Below are positions 49,720 through 59,884 of a stretch of 64,000 nt of DNA, piece by piece. This DNA comes from an uncultured Pseudomonadota bacterium (lineage in GTDB: Bacteria > Pseudomonadota > Alphaproteobacteria > RF32 > CAG-239): assembly GCA_902763155.1 (NCBI GenBank), contig CACWQS010000001.1, positions 30,878-94,877 on the forward strand. The letters are read 5' to 3'. The position numbers and the translations under genes were made by a program. The notes under the pieces were generated by a model that had not been told where the DNA came from, did not search any database, and saw only the letters and a program-made list of their open reading frames with translations. The stretch's first letter is position 1, and each line of letters opens with the position of its first letter.

Positions 49720-50319
49720 TTATTTTAATAAATCTTCACCGGTTTGTTTGACTGCATTAAACCATCTTTGTGCGGTGTTAGTTATAGGGGAAGTTAGTCT
49801 GTGCCACTGGTTAACACTTTTTTGTTTTATTTTTTCATAACTAAAGTCAAAATCGGTATCTGGGACTATATTTTCAGTTGTGGGTGCTTCGGGAATTGTT
49901 TGAGTAGACGTCTTTTCCATCAATCCGTCAAACAAAGAGGAATCATCATTATTTTTTTCGGAATCGGCTCTTGAAGTATACGTATAGCCGATTTTACCGA
50001 CACCGCCGACTTGGCGAACATAAGGTTGTTGCCCCGCCGAATTTATGAAAGGTGTAACTGTGGCGGTTTGTCTGTCGGCTTGGTGATAATTTACCTTTTG
50101 CCCCATCGGTTGCTGATTGTCTTTTTGAACCGAACTCCAAGGGTTTTGTGGCAAATCAGTAACGGAATTTTCCGTTTTGACAACTTCTTTAGCGGCAGTA
50201 TCCGTATAGCTTGGCGTTTGCTCAGGGGTACCCCATGGGTTGTTTGGTAAGTTTTCAACCTGCGCCGAAGCATTAGTGCTAAAAAAAATCAGAAGTAAGC
50301 ATAAAATGTATTTTTGCAT
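49720..50319 (-). CDS. Secreted hypothetical protein (about 200 aa) with Q/N/T-rich low-complexity sequence
   Basis: A signal peptide MQKYILCLLLIFFSTNASA and repeated NPWG/NPWS motifs. The frame is open to 50331. Confidence 0.4.
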   Translation of the reverse strand: MQKYILCLLLIFFSTNASAQVENLPNNPWGTPEQTPSYTDTAAKEVVKTENSVTDLPQNPWSSVQKDNQQPMGQKVNYHQADRQTATVTPFINSAGQQPYVRQVGGVGKIGYTYTSRADSEKNNDDSSLFDGLMEKTSTQTIPEAPTTENIVPDTDFDFSYEKIKQKSVNQWHRLTSPITNTAQRWFNAVKQTGEDLLK

Positions 50320-50376
50320 ATTAAACTCCAAAATTCAGCGCGAGTATAACATATAAAAAAGCAAATGTATATAAAA

Positions 50377-51003
50377 TTAAGCTTTTTTACGAGTACGCTT
50401 GCTTTTAGGAGTGTTTTGAGTGTTTTCTATACCGTAGGCGCAGAAAATATCGCCTTTATCGGTTGACTTCTTCAAAATATATGCCGGCGTATTAACTGCT
50501 GTGCAATTATCCGGAATATCCTCTATAACTACTGCATTGGAGCCGATTTTAACATTATTGCCGATGGTAATAGGCCCCAAAATTTGTGCACCGCAACCGA
50601 TGGTAACATTATTACCGATGGTTGGATGGCGTTTTGCAATTTTTTTACCGTTTTTATCAAAAAATTTGCGCCCGCCGAGTGTTACATCATGATACAATGT
50701 TACATTATTACCGATTTGTGCCGTTTCGCCGATTACCACTCCCATACCGTGGTCAATCATAAATCCGCTACCGATTTGGGCTGCCGGATGAATTTCGATG
50801 CCGGTTAAAAAGCGGGCAATTTGCGATATTATCCTTGCGGTTAGGCAGAAATTATGCTTCCAAAGATAGTGAGCTCCGCGATAAATGACGATGGCATGCA
50901 AACCGGAAGAACATAAAACAGCCTCCAATTTACTGCGAGTTGCCGGATCGCGATCTATGATTGCTTGAATGTCTTGCAAAATTATCTTGTAATTTGAATT
51001 CAT
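50377..51003 (-). CDS. cysE: Serine O-acetyltransferase
   Basis: An N-terminal SATase helical domain and a hexapeptide beta-helix ([38 protein letters not shown]). It has a basic C-terminal tail. Confidence 0.85.
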   Translation of the reverse strand: MNSNYKIILQDIQAIIDRDPATRSKLEAVLCSSGLHAIVIYRGAHYLWKHNFCLTARIISQIARFLTGIEIHPAAQIGSGFMIDHGMGVVIGETAQIGNNVTLYHDVTLGGRKFFDKNGKKIAKRHPTIGNNVTIGCGAQILGPITIGNNVKIGSNAVVIEDIPDNCTAVNTPAYILKKSTDKGDIFCAYGIENTQNTPKSKRTRKKA

Positions 51004-51082
51004 TGTGTGTTATATTCCTAAAAGTTATAATGCTTAAATATAAAATTGAATATGTTAAAATAAATATAACGAAAGAAAAAAT

Positions 51083-51835
51083 ATGGTAGAAGTATTGTTT
51101 AACGGTCATGCCGGCCGTATAGAAGGCAGATATCACAAAAGCGAAAGAGCGAATGCTCCTGTGGCTCTTATTTTGCATCCGGATCCTAATTTTGGCGGAA
51201 CAATGAACAATAAAGTAGTATATAGTTTATTCAGTTGCTTTAAGGATTTAGGATTTTCGGTCTTAAGGTTTAACTTCAGAGGGGTAGGGCGTTCGCAAGG
51301 GACTTTTGATGACGGTTTAGGAGAACTTTCTGATGCTACTGTTGCTCTGGATTGGTTGCAGAGTATGAATCCGGATGCTAAACAATGTTGGATTGCCGGA
51401 TATTCTTTCGGAGCATGGATAGGGTTGCAACTGTTGATGCGCAGACCGGATATTAATAACTTCATTGCCGTAACACCGCCGGCTAATGAAAAAGACTTTT
51501 CTTTCTTGGCGCCATGTCCGGCTTCAGGGCTGATTATTCAAGGCGGTAAAGATGAAATTGTTAATCCGGCAGAAGTAGAACGTATGGCACGTCGGCTTAA
51601 TCAGCAACGCCATGTGGAAATAGATTTTGCCATGATTGAAGACGGTGATCATATGTATAATGAGCGCTTGAAGGATTTATACAAAGTAAGCGGGCAATAT
51701 GTTATCAGTGCTATGATGAGAAGACCGCAGATTATGCGTCCGTCTCCTTCCGATGATGAAGATGATGATTTATTGTTGGAAAGTGATGTTGATGATGATT
51801 TGCTTGATGACTATGATGACGATGATGAAATTTAG
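51083..51835 (+). CDS. Alpha/beta-hydrolase-fold protein with a poly-acidic C-terminal tail
   Basis: A GYSFG nucleophile elbow (GxSxG). The C-terminus is SDDEDDDLLLESDVDDDLLDDYDDDDEI. Confidence 0.6.
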   Translation: MVEVLFNGHAGRIEGRYHKSERANAPVALILHPDPNFGGTMNNKVVYSLFSCFKDLGFSVLRFNFRGVGRSQGTFDDGLGELSDATVALDWLQSMNPDAKQCWIAGYSFGAWIGLQLLMRRPDINNFIAVTPPANEKDFSFLAPCPASGLIIQGGKDEIVNPAEVERMARRLNQQRHVEIDFAMIEDGDHMYNERLKDLYKVSGQYVISAMMRRPQIMRPSPSDDEDDDLLLESDVDDDLLDDYDDDDEI

Positions 51836-51856
51836 TGAGATATAAGGATATTTATT

Positions 51857-52600
51857 GTGGCAGAAGAGGAAAAAAGCGGAAGCACGCTTAAAGAAAATAT
51901 TATAACAGTAGTTCTGGCAGTGTTTATTGCCCTTGTTATTCGCAGTTTTTGGCTTGAACCTTTCCGTATCCCGTCAGGTTCAATGTATCCGACCTTACAA
52001 GTTGGAGACTATTTATTTGTCAGTAAATACAGTTACGGATATTCACGATATTCTTTTCCGGCTGGTTTGCCGCTGTTTGACGGACGTATATTTTATAAAG
52101 AGCCAAAGCGCGGAGATATTGTGGTATTTAAATTCCCCAAAAATCCGAATACTGATTTTATTAAGCGTATTATCGGTTTACCCGGGGATAAAATTCAGGT
52201 AAAAGAGGGACGGTTATATATTAACGGTGAAATGATGGAACGTAATGAGAAAGAACGCTACATTATAGATGAGTATGTAAACGTACCGGAATTTTATCAT
52301 CAATACGAAGAAACTTTACCAGAGGGAAAAATTCATCGGATTATCGAAATGTCTGATGAAGAAAGGATAGTAGATAATACAGAGGAATTTGAGGTGCCTG
52401 AAGATATGTTCTTTATGATGGGAGATAATCGTGATCGTTCTGATGACAGCCGTTTGAGTGTCGGTTTTGTGCCGAAGGAAAACTTGGTCGGTAAAGCCCG
52501 TTTTATTTTCTTCTCGCATAGCGATAAAGGTTCACTGATTAAACCTTGGACTTGGTTTAATTCTATCAGGTGGAAGCGCTTCTTTCGAGGAATTGAATAG
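51857..52600 (+). CDS. lepB: Signal peptidase I
   Basis: Box B SGSMYPTL (catalytic Ser) and box D/E GDNRDRSDDSR. Confidence 0.9.
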   Translation: MAEEEKSGSTLKENIITVVLAVFIALVIRSFWLEPFRIPSGSMYPTLQVGDYLFVSKYSYGYSRYSFPAGLPLFDGRIFYKEPKRGDIVVFKFPKNPNTDFIKRIIGLPGDKIQVKEGRLYINGEMMERNEKERYIIDEYVNVPEFYHQYEETLPEGKIHRIIEMSDEERIVDNTEEFEVPEDMFFMMGDNRDRSDDSRLSVGFVPKENLVGKARFIFFSHSDKGSLIKPWTWFNSIRWKRFFRGIE

Positions 52601-52603
52601 ATA

Positions 52604-53251
52604 ATGGAACAACTACAGGAAATTTTGCAATATCATTTTAAAAATCCCAAGCTGTTGCAACAGGCTCTGACGCACAGTAGTGTTACCGGAAATGAACATC
52701 GCAATTATGAACGACTGGAGTTTTTGGGTGACAGAGTGCTCGGTATGACAATGGCTCATTTGCTCTATAAGATGTTTCCGAATGACAGAGAGGGAGTGTT
52801 GGCACAACGACATGTAAAGTTGGTGCGTGCCGAAATGGTGGCACAAGTAGCACGGAAATTGCACTTAGATGAGTATATTATCAGTAAAGATAAGGAAACG
52901 GCACAGGGAACCAATGTTTTGTGTGATGTAGGGGAAGCAATCATCGGAGCTATTTATATCGACTCGAATATAGAAGAGGCAATTGCTTTTGTGGAACGTA
53001 ATTGGCAAGATATGATAGATGTGGATTGCGGAGATCAAAAAGATGCCAAAACCCAGTTACAGGAAAAGTTCCATGCTCTAAAAAAGCCTTCTCCGGTCTA
53101 CGAAGTAGTGGAAAAAACAGGTTCGGAACATTTGCCTATATTTAAAGTTAAAGTGGCTTTCAATGATGAATTGTTTGCTTTAGGTGAGGGAAAAAATAAA
53201 AAAATCGCCGAACAAAATGCGGCAGCGGAACTTTTGGAGAAGATGAGATGA
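52604..53251 (+). CDS. rnc: Ribonuclease III
   Basis: An RNase III signature ERLEFLGDRVLG and a C-terminal dsRBD. Confidence 0.95.
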   Translation: MEQLQEILQYHFKNPKLLQQALTHSSVTGNEHRNYERLEFLGDRVLGMTMAHLLYKMFPNDREGVLAQRHVKLVRAEMVAQVARKLHLDEYIISKDKETAQGTNVLCDVGEAIIGAIYIDSNIEEAIAFVERNWQDMIDVDCGDQKDAKTQLQEKFHALKKPSPVYEVVEKTGSEHLPIFKVKVAFNDELFALGEGKNKKIAEQNAAAELLEKMR

Positions 53252-54144
53252 AACCGACCAGATGCGGATTTGTGGCGCTGATTGGGGCGCCGAATGCCGG
53301 AAAATCGACTATTACCAATAATTTCGTCGGCTCCAAGGTATCAATAGTATCACCGAAAGCTCAAACAACCAGAACCACGATTAAGGGTATCGGGATATAT
53401 GATAACACGCAGATTATCTTTTTGGATACACCGGGGATTTTTAATCCGAAGCGTCGGTTGGATAGGGCAATGGTTGCATCTGCTTGGGACGGTTCAAATG
53501 ATGCGGATATAAATGTTTTGGTGGTTGATGCCAAACGTGGAATGAATGATGAAACTTCGGCGATAATTGATGAATTGATTAAACGTGAAGCTCATGCTGT
53601 TCTTGCTTTTAACAAAATTGATATGGTGTCAGAAGAACGATTGCAAGAGTTAAAAGAAGAATTTGAAAATTTGTTTTGTTTTGACGCAGTATTTATGTTT
53701 TCGGCACAATCAGGAGATCACATAACCGATTTTTATCAATATTTGGCCGATAATTTGCCGGAAAGCCCGTGGTATTATCCGGAGGAGCAAATGTCGGATA
53801 TGCCTTTGCGTTTATTGGCAGCAGAAGTGGTGCGAGAAAAGTTGTTTTTGAATTTGCGTCAAGAATTGCCGTATGCTTTGACGGTGGAGCCGGAACTTTG
53901 GGAACATCAGGAAGACGGCTCAATTCGCGCCGAGATGACGATTTATGTTGAGCGTGAAGGGCAAAAATCTATTATTTTGGGTAAAAATGGCAATATGATT
54001 AAGCAAATCGGACAGAGTGCACGTTTAGAACTGGAGAGCATGCTTGAAGAACGTATTCATCTGTTTTTGTATGTCAAAGTGCGTGAAAATTGGGTAGATG
54101 AACCAACGCACTATAGTGATTGGAACCTCAATTTTAAGGCTTAA
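53248..54144 (+). CDS. era: GTPase Era
   Basis: G1 GAPNAGKST, G3 DTPG, G4 NKID, and a C-terminal KH domain. It overlaps rnc by 4 nt. Confidence 0.95.
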   Translation: MKPTRCGFVALIGAPNAGKSTITNNFVGSKVSIVSPKAQTTRTTIKGIGIYDNTQIIFLDTPGIFNPKRRLDRAMVASAWDGSNDADINVLVVDAKRGMNDETSAIIDELIKREAHAVLAFNKIDMVSEERLQELKEEFENLFCFDAVFMFSAQSGDHITDFYQYLADNLPESPWYYPEEQMSDMPLRLLAAEVVREKLFLNLRQELPYALTVEPELWEHQEDGSIRAEMTIYVEREGQKSIILGKNGNMIKQIGQSARLELESMLEERIHLFLYVKVRENWVDEPTHYSDWNLNFKA

Positions 54145-55064
54145 TCCAAATCAAGCAATTTTTGCGCATAGTCGTGTGCATTAAATGTATCCAAGTCGTC
54201 TATTTTTTCCCCGACACCGATGTAATAAATCGGTAGTTTTTGCTCTTTAGCAATAGCAACTACAACTCCCCCTTTGGCGGAACCGTCAAGTTTGGTGATA
54301 ATCAGCCCGTTCACACCGATAATTTGTTGAAAAGCTTCTGTTTGTGCCAAGGCATTTTGTCCTGTAGTAGCATCAAGAGTCAAAAGTGTTTTGTGCGGTG
54401 CATCGGGTAAGACTTTCTGAATAACTCGGACGATTTTTTTGAGTTCATCCATCAGCCCGTTTTTATTTTGTAATCTGCCGGCAGTGTCTATAAATACCAC
54501 ATCATCATCGGCTTTTACGGCGGCATTGAGCCCATCATAGCACAAACCGGCACTATCGCAACCATCCGGTCCGCTGTAAATTCGGATATTTGAACGTTTG
54601 GCCCATTCCTTAAGTTGTTCTACTGCGGCGGCACGGAAGGTATCGGCAGCAATAAATGATACCTGTTTACCTTGGGCTTGCAATTTGGATGCCAGTTTGC
54701 CGATGGTGGTGGTTTTTCCGGCACCATTAACACCAACCATCAATACTACAAAAGGCTTGGCTCCCGTAAAGTCCGGATTTTGCTGGCAAGGTAATAAAAT
54801 TTGCTCAATTTCTTGCGATAATGCTGTTTTCACTTCTTTATCGGTTATATCATTATCCATTTTTTGTTCAGCAAAACGGTTGATTATATAGGATGTGGTT
54901 TGCACACCAAAATCGGCAGTCAGTAATAAATCTTCCAAATCTTGCAAAGTATTTGCATCTAAGCGCTTTTTATTAAATATATCACTGATTCCGTTTGATA
55001 TTTTGTCTGATGATTTTTTAAGTCCCAAACCTATTTTTTGTAAAAAAGACATACTATTCCTCAC
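54141..55064 (-). CDS. ftsY: Signal recognition particle receptor FtsY (short form)
   Basis: An NG domain with GVNGAGKTTTIGKLA, DTAGR and TKLDG motifs. It is 307 aa. Confidence 0.9.
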   Translation of the reverse strand: MRNSMSFLQKIGLGLKKSSDKISNGISDIFNKKRLDANTLQDLEDLLLTADFGVQTTSYIINRFAEQKMDNDITDKEVKTALSQEIEQILLPCQQNPDFTGAKPFVVLMVGVNGAGKTTTIGKLASKLQAQGKQVSFIAADTFRAAAVEQLKEWAKRSNIRIYSGPDGCDSAGLCYDGLNAAVKADDDVVFIDTAGRLQNKNGLMDELKKIVRVIQKVLPDAPHKTLLTLDATTGQNALAQTEAFQQIIGVNGLIITKLDGSAKGGVVVAIAKEQKLPIYYIGVGEKIDDLDTFNAHDYAQKLLDLD

Positions 55065-56088
55065 TTAATTGTCGTAAAATTGCGGCGCGGTAACGGCGTT
55101 TTTCCATTGGTATTTGCGTCATTTCGGCAGCAGGAGTACCGCTGCGTTCCGAATAGGGAAACACGTGCAATTTGTTTAATTCGGCTTCCGCAACTAATTT
55201 GCAGGTGTTTTCAAAGGCTTCATCAGTTTCGTTGGGAAAACCGCAGATAAAGTCGGCACCAAAACGTGTTTGCGGGCGAATTTGACGGATTTTTTTACAC
55301 AGTTCAATTATTTTCTCGCGATTATGGCGACGCCCCATTTTTCTTAATACATTGTTATCACCGGATTGAATTGAAAGATGAAAATAATTTCCTATATTGT
55401 TGTATTTTTGTAATAAATTGATGAAATTATCGTCAATAGCTGCCGGATCAAGAGAACCGAAATTTAATACCGGTAATTCAGGAATTTGCTCTAAGATATG
55501 CTTAACCAAGTCGGGAAATGACGGTTCATAGGAACAGATATCGACTCCGGTCAGGCAAATATCTTTGAAACCGGCATTAAGAAGTTCGCGGATTTGCTTG
55601 ATTATAAGTTCTTCCGGTACCGAGCGATTGCGTCCTCTGGCATAAGGAACAATGCAATAAGTGCAACGATGATTACAACCTTGCTGGATTTGTACAAAGG
55701 CTTTTTGCCGTCCTTCAAATCCGGTAATTATATAATCGTCGCAATTATCGTCGGCGAAAATATCGCTGACTTGCTTCTTATCAGCAAAAATGCCGTCTAT
55801 ATATTTTTCTATTTCTTTTTTTTCTTTGTTGCCGAGAACCAGCGTTACTTCGGGCATATCGGTAATTTTTGAGGCATTTATTTGGGCGGCACATCCGGTA
55901 ACAATGATGTCGGCATCCGGATTTTCACGCTTGAGTTTACGAATAGCTTGGCGGCATTGGCGTTCAGCCTCGCCGGTAACGGCGCAGGTGTTGACGACAA
56001 TCAGCTTGTCGTAATTTTTCAGTTTTTCCTTAATAACTTCGGACTCGTATGCGTTGATACGGCACCCGAATGTAATTACTTCTGCCAT
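55054..56088 (-). CDS. MiaB/RimO-family radical-SAM methylthiotransferase (MtaB-like) lacking a C-terminal TRAM domain
   Basis: An N-terminal MTTase domain (FGCRINAYESE) and a radical-SAM CNHRCTYC motif. It is only 344 aa and overlaps ftsY by 11 nt. Confidence 0.7.
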   Translation of the reverse strand: MAEVITFGCRINAYESEVIKEKLKNYDKLIVVNTCAVTGEAERQCRQAIRKLKRENPDADIIVTGCAAQINASKITDMPEVTLVLGNKEKKEIEKYIDGIFADKKQVSDIFADDNCDDYIITGFEGRQKAFVQIQQGCNHRCTYCIVPYARGRNRSVPEELIIKQIRELLNAGFKDICLTGVDICSYEPSFPDLVKHILEQIPELPVLNFGSLDPAAIDDNFINLLQKYNNIGNYFHLSIQSGDNNVLRKMGRRHNREKIIELCKKIRQIRPQTRFGADFICGFPNETDEAFENTCKLVAEAELNKLHVFPYSERSGTPAAEMTQIPMEKRRYRAAILRQLSEE

Positions 56089-56146
56089 ATTTTCCCCTTA
56101 CTTAAGCGGCAATATAAGCGAAGGTATGGCAAATTGCAAGGAATTT

Positions 56147-56824
56147 TTATTTCAAATTTTTCTTAATATCCTCCGCATCGTCGTTTATTTGTTTACGTAT
56201 CTGCTCTAATGCATGCTTTATATTATCTGCAGCAAGTTTGCGATAAATAGTACTATCATTATATCCGTAATAAGCTGCGACATATTCACTATCTAAAACA
56301 TTTGCCGTATAACGTTTTATAATTTCTTTTTTATTATTCCAAATTTCTACTTCAACCTCTAGTGATTGTTCCCTTATATCTGCCGGAAATCCTAAAAGAT
56401 TGATTGTTCCTAGAGAAAAGATGGATAAAAGAGCCAAAATAGGCTGTTTATCTTCTCCTCTATATCCCAGTTTCAGTGAAATGTAGCCTTTCTTTTCGCC
56501 ATACGGATCGGTAATGTTTTCCTTAACTTCCTTATTGAAAATATTTATCACGTCATTAACACGAGCATCTTTATATTGGGTACCGGAAACAGCCGTTGTT
56601 TGCACCCAATTTCCCCAACCGCGATTAGCATATCCCACTCCAAAATTATTGGCTGTTCCGGCATAACCACCACCTGTATATACGGCTTCCAAATTATACA
56701 TATCAATCATTGGTTCCATTGCCGGTAATTTGTTTTGGTTCGGGTTTATATTCGGATTAACATCTTGATAATTGATAGATTGACAAGCTGAAAGTAATAG
56801 TATCAACAAAAGGTATTTTTTCAT
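56147..56824 (-). CDS. Hypothetical lipoprotein (225 aa)
   Basis: A lipobox LLLSAC after the signal peptide. No family was recognised. Confidence 0.45.
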   Translation of the reverse strand: MKKYLLLILLLSACQSINYQDVNPNINPNQNKLPAMEPMIDMYNLEAVYTGGGYAGTANNFGVGYANRGWGNWVQTTAVSGTQYKDARVNDVINIFNKEVKENITDPYGEKKGYISLKLGYRGEDKQPILALLSIFSLGTINLLGFPADIREQSLEVEVEIWNNKKEIIKRYTANVLDSEYVAAYYGYNDSTIYRKLAADNIKHALEQIRKQINDDAEDIKKNLK

Positions 56825-57268
56825 TATAAACTTCCTTTTAAAAAATAAAAAAATCGCTTGACGAGAGCGACCGGAAGCTGAAAACTATTCTAGTAAAATA
56901 GTATGACATATTGACCATAAAAATGACTTATTCTGCCATCTTCCGGTCATACCGGAAGATACTGTTTAATGTCTTGTATCCGACATACTAGAAGAGGTTT
57001 TCAGACCTCACGCAAGGTGTCACCTAACGCAAGAATAATGCTAGCGGAAATTTTATGATTTGTAAAGAGTAAATTTGTGCACTTTTTCTGTATATTGTAA
57101 CGCATTGAAAATACGTTATATTTATAATATATAAACAAAATTACTGGGGGAAAATGAAAATAATGCTTGCCATTTGAGGGAAAATTTTGTAAATGAGTAA
57201 CAACAGGCGATGAACGTCTGGTTTGTTGTCTGAGAAAATTTGTTTTAATTATATGAGGTTAATTTATC

Positions 57269-57505
57269 ATGACTGATGATACCGCAGAGCGCGTAAAAAA
57301 GATTGTTGCTAAACACTTAGGTGTTGATGAAGCAAAAGTTGTTGAAACAGCCAGCTTTATTGATGATTTAGGTGCTGATAGCTTGGATACAGTTGAATTG
57401 GTTATGGCTTTTGAAGAAGAATTCGGTTGCGAAATTCCTGATAAAGCTGCAGAAAAGATTTTGACTGTGAAAGATGCTATTGACTATCTTTCTAAGAATG
57501 CGTAA
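57269..57505 (+). CDS. acpP: Acyl carrier protein
   Basis: 78 aa with the phosphopantetheine attachment motif [12 protein letters not shown]. Confidence 0.95.
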   Translation: MTDDTAERVKKIVAKHLGVDEAKVVETASFIDDLGADSLDTVELVMAFEEEFGCEIPDKAAEKILTVKDAIDYLSKNA

Positions 57506-57527
57506 GTCGTAAGGCTTTATTAAATTA

Positions 57528-57559
57528 AACTCGCTTAGTTAATAACAGCGAGTTTTTTT
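57528..57559 (+). terminator. Rho-independent terminator after acpP
   Basis: aactcgct-tagttaataac-agcgagtt followed by a T7 run. Confidence 0.6.
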
Positions 57560-57584
57560 AGTAACATGAGATTGAGGTAAATAA

Positions 57585-58865
57585 ATGAGAAGAGTTGTTG
57601 TAACCGGTTTAGGCGTAGTTTCGCCTTTCGGACGCGGTGTGGACTACAATTGGCAGTGTTTGATGGAAGGTAAATCAGCCATCCGTCGGATTGAAAATAT
57701 TGATTTAAAAGATATTCCGGTGCAAATTGCCGGTCAGGTGCCGTGGGGAGAGGGGGAACATGATTTTGATCCTGATACTGTAATGCCTCCTAAAGATCAA
57801 AAAAAGGCTGATAAATTTATACTTTATGGTGTGGCGGCCGCTAATGATGCATTAAAAGATGCTGACTACGAGCCGAAAGACTTGAGCGAAGAAGAGCAAT
57901 ATCGCGCCGGTGTGATGATTGGTTCGGGAATCGGCGGGTTGAATAATATTTATGAAAATGCCATATCGTTTAACGAAGTTGGAATTAAGAGGATTTCGCC
58001 GTTCTTTATTCCGTCTTGCCTAATTAACCTGATTTCCGGTACGGTTTCGATTGATCATGGTTTGCGTGGACCGAATCATTCTTGTGTTACGGCTTGTTCT
58101 ACCGGAACGCATGCAATTGGCGATGCCGCGAGAATTATTGCAATGGGAGATGCCGATGTAATGGTTGCCGGCGGGGCAGAATCGGCAGTTAATGTTTTAG
58201 GTTTGGCCGGATTTGCGCGTATGCATGCAATTACCGCCGAATTTAATGATGCGCCGGAAAAAGCATCGCGTCCATGGGATAAGAATCGGAGCGGATTTGT
58301 AATGGGCGAGGGTGCCGGTGCGGTTGTTTTGGAAGAACTTGAACATGCAAAAGCCCGCGGTGCGCACATTTATGCCGAGATTGTCGGTTACGGTATGAGC
58401 GGTGATGCACACCATATCACAGCTCCATGTCCGGATGGCGATGGAGCATATCGGGCGATGAAGATGGCGGTTGGACATGCCAAAGAGCATGGGGTGGATA
58501 TAGAAGATATTAACTACGTTAATGCACATGGCACATCTACGCCGCTTGGTGATGTGGGAGAAGCCGGTGCGGTTCGTCGTTTGTTTGGCGATAAACTGAG
58601 TTGTATGTCAATGTCTTCAACTAAATCGGCAATCGGGCATTTATTGGGTGCTGCCGGTGCAGTGGAAGCAGTTTATACTATTAAGGCGCTTGTGGAACAA
58701 ATCTGTCCGCCGACGCTGAATTTGGAAGAGCCCGATGAGGCGGTTGCCGATATGGATTTGGTGCCGCTTAAACCGAAGAAAAAGACGATTAAAGCTGCAA
58801 TGTCAAATTCGTTTGGGTTTGGCGGAACCAATTCGTCGTTGATTTTCAAGAAATTTGAAGAATAG
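57585..58865 (+). CDS. fabF: 3-oxoacyl-ACP synthase II
   Basis: An active-site Cys in ..TACSTGTHAIG.., His motifs (GHAKEHG; NAHGTSTPLGD) and the C-terminus GFGGTNSSLIF. Confidence 0.95.
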   Translation: MRRVVVTGLGVVSPFGRGVDYNWQCLMEGKSAIRRIENIDLKDIPVQIAGQVPWGEGEHDFDPDTVMPPKDQKKADKFILYGVAAANDALKDADYEPKDLSEEEQYRAGVMIGSGIGGLNNIYENAISFNEVGIKRISPFFIPSCLINLISGTVSIDHGLRGPNHSCVTACSTGTHAIGDAARIIAMGDADVMVAGGAESAVNVLGLAGFARMHAITAEFNDAPEKASRPWDKNRSGFVMGEGAGAVVLEELEHAKARGAHIYAEIVGYGMSGDAHHITAPCPDGDGAYRAMKMAVGHAKEHGVDIEDINYVNAHGTSTPLGDVGEAGAVRRLFGDKLSCMSMSSTKSAIGHLLGAAGAVEAVYTIKALVEQICPPTLNLEEPDEAVADMDLVPLKPKKKTIKAAMSNSFGFGGTNSSLIFKKFEE

Positions 58866-58876
58866 ACGAGGTTGTA

Positions 58877-59836
58877 ATGTTTAAGAAGCTGCTGTTTTTA
58901 CTGATATTGGTTGGCGGAACAGCAGTTTTTTTATATGCCAAAACGCAGCAAATTATACATACGCCGATGCCTGTAAATGAGAATGTAATTTTTCAAATTC
59001 CGCGTGGCGCAACGCTTGAAAAAATCGCTGACATTTTGGAGCAAAATAAGCTGATAGAAAATCGGTTGTATTTTGTTTTATATGCTAAATTAGGAAAAAT
59101 ATATCCGAAAATAAAAGCCGGGGAATATCTGGTGGAAAATGACGTATCATTGCAAAATGTGGCGGAGCTGTTGACAAGCGGCAAGGTGTATTATCGCAAG
59201 ATAACATTTCCTGAGGGGAAAACGGCGGCAGAAATAGCGGAAATATTATATCAAAATGAGTACTTAGAAGGCGATTTTGCCGATTTTGCCGATGGTGAGA
59301 TATTACCGGAAACATATACGTTTTCACGCGGTGATGAACGGCAAATGATAGTAGAACAAAGTAAGGCGGCAATGCAAAAGGTTTTGCAACAAGCTTGGGA
59401 CGAACGCGATGCTGATTTACCGTTGAAAAATAAAGAAGAAATGTTGGTTTTGGCTTCTATTGTCGAAAAAGAAACCGGCGTAGCGGCTGAGCGTTCGCAA
59501 GTAGCTTCGGTATTTATAAATCGTCTGCGTAAAGGAATGTTACTTCAGACCGATCCGACGGTAATTTATGCCATAACCCAAGGTAAAAAAGAATTTGGAC
59601 GTTCGTTGTTGCGTAGGGATTTAGCGATTGATAGTCCGTATAATACCTATAAATATGTCGGCTTACCACCGACACCGATTTGCAATCCGGGAAAAGCGGC
59701 GATTATGGCAGTGGCACATCCGGATAAGACACCGTATTTGTATTTTGTGGCTTCCGGTAACGGGGGGCATAATTTCGCCCGCACATTGTCAGAACATAAC
59801 GCCAATGTGGCAAAATGGCGTTATTTGTCAAAATAG
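58877..59836 (+). CDS. mltG: Endolytic murein transglycosylase MltG (YceG family)
   Basis: An N-terminal TM anchor and the conserved YceG core (LQTDPTVIYA...SPYNTY..GLPPTPI). Confidence 0.8.
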   Translation: MFKKLLFLLILVGGTAVFLYAKTQQIIHTPMPVNENVIFQIPRGATLEKIADILEQNKLIENRLYFVLYAKLGKIYPKIKAGEYLVENDVSLQNVAELLTSGKVYYRKITFPEGKTAAEIAEILYQNEYLEGDFADFADGEILPETYTFSRGDERQMIVEQSKAAMQKVLQQAWDERDADLPLKNKEEMLVLASIVEKETGVAAERSQVASVFINRLRKGMLLQTDPTVIYAITQGKKEFGRSLLRRDLAIDSPYNTYKYVGLPPTPICNPGKAAIMAVAHPDKTPYLYFVASGNGGHNFARTLSEHNANVAKWRYLSK

Positions 59837-59884
59837 CCAAAAAATAGTTGCAAGCAGATTAACATTGTGTTATGCTGAAACACA

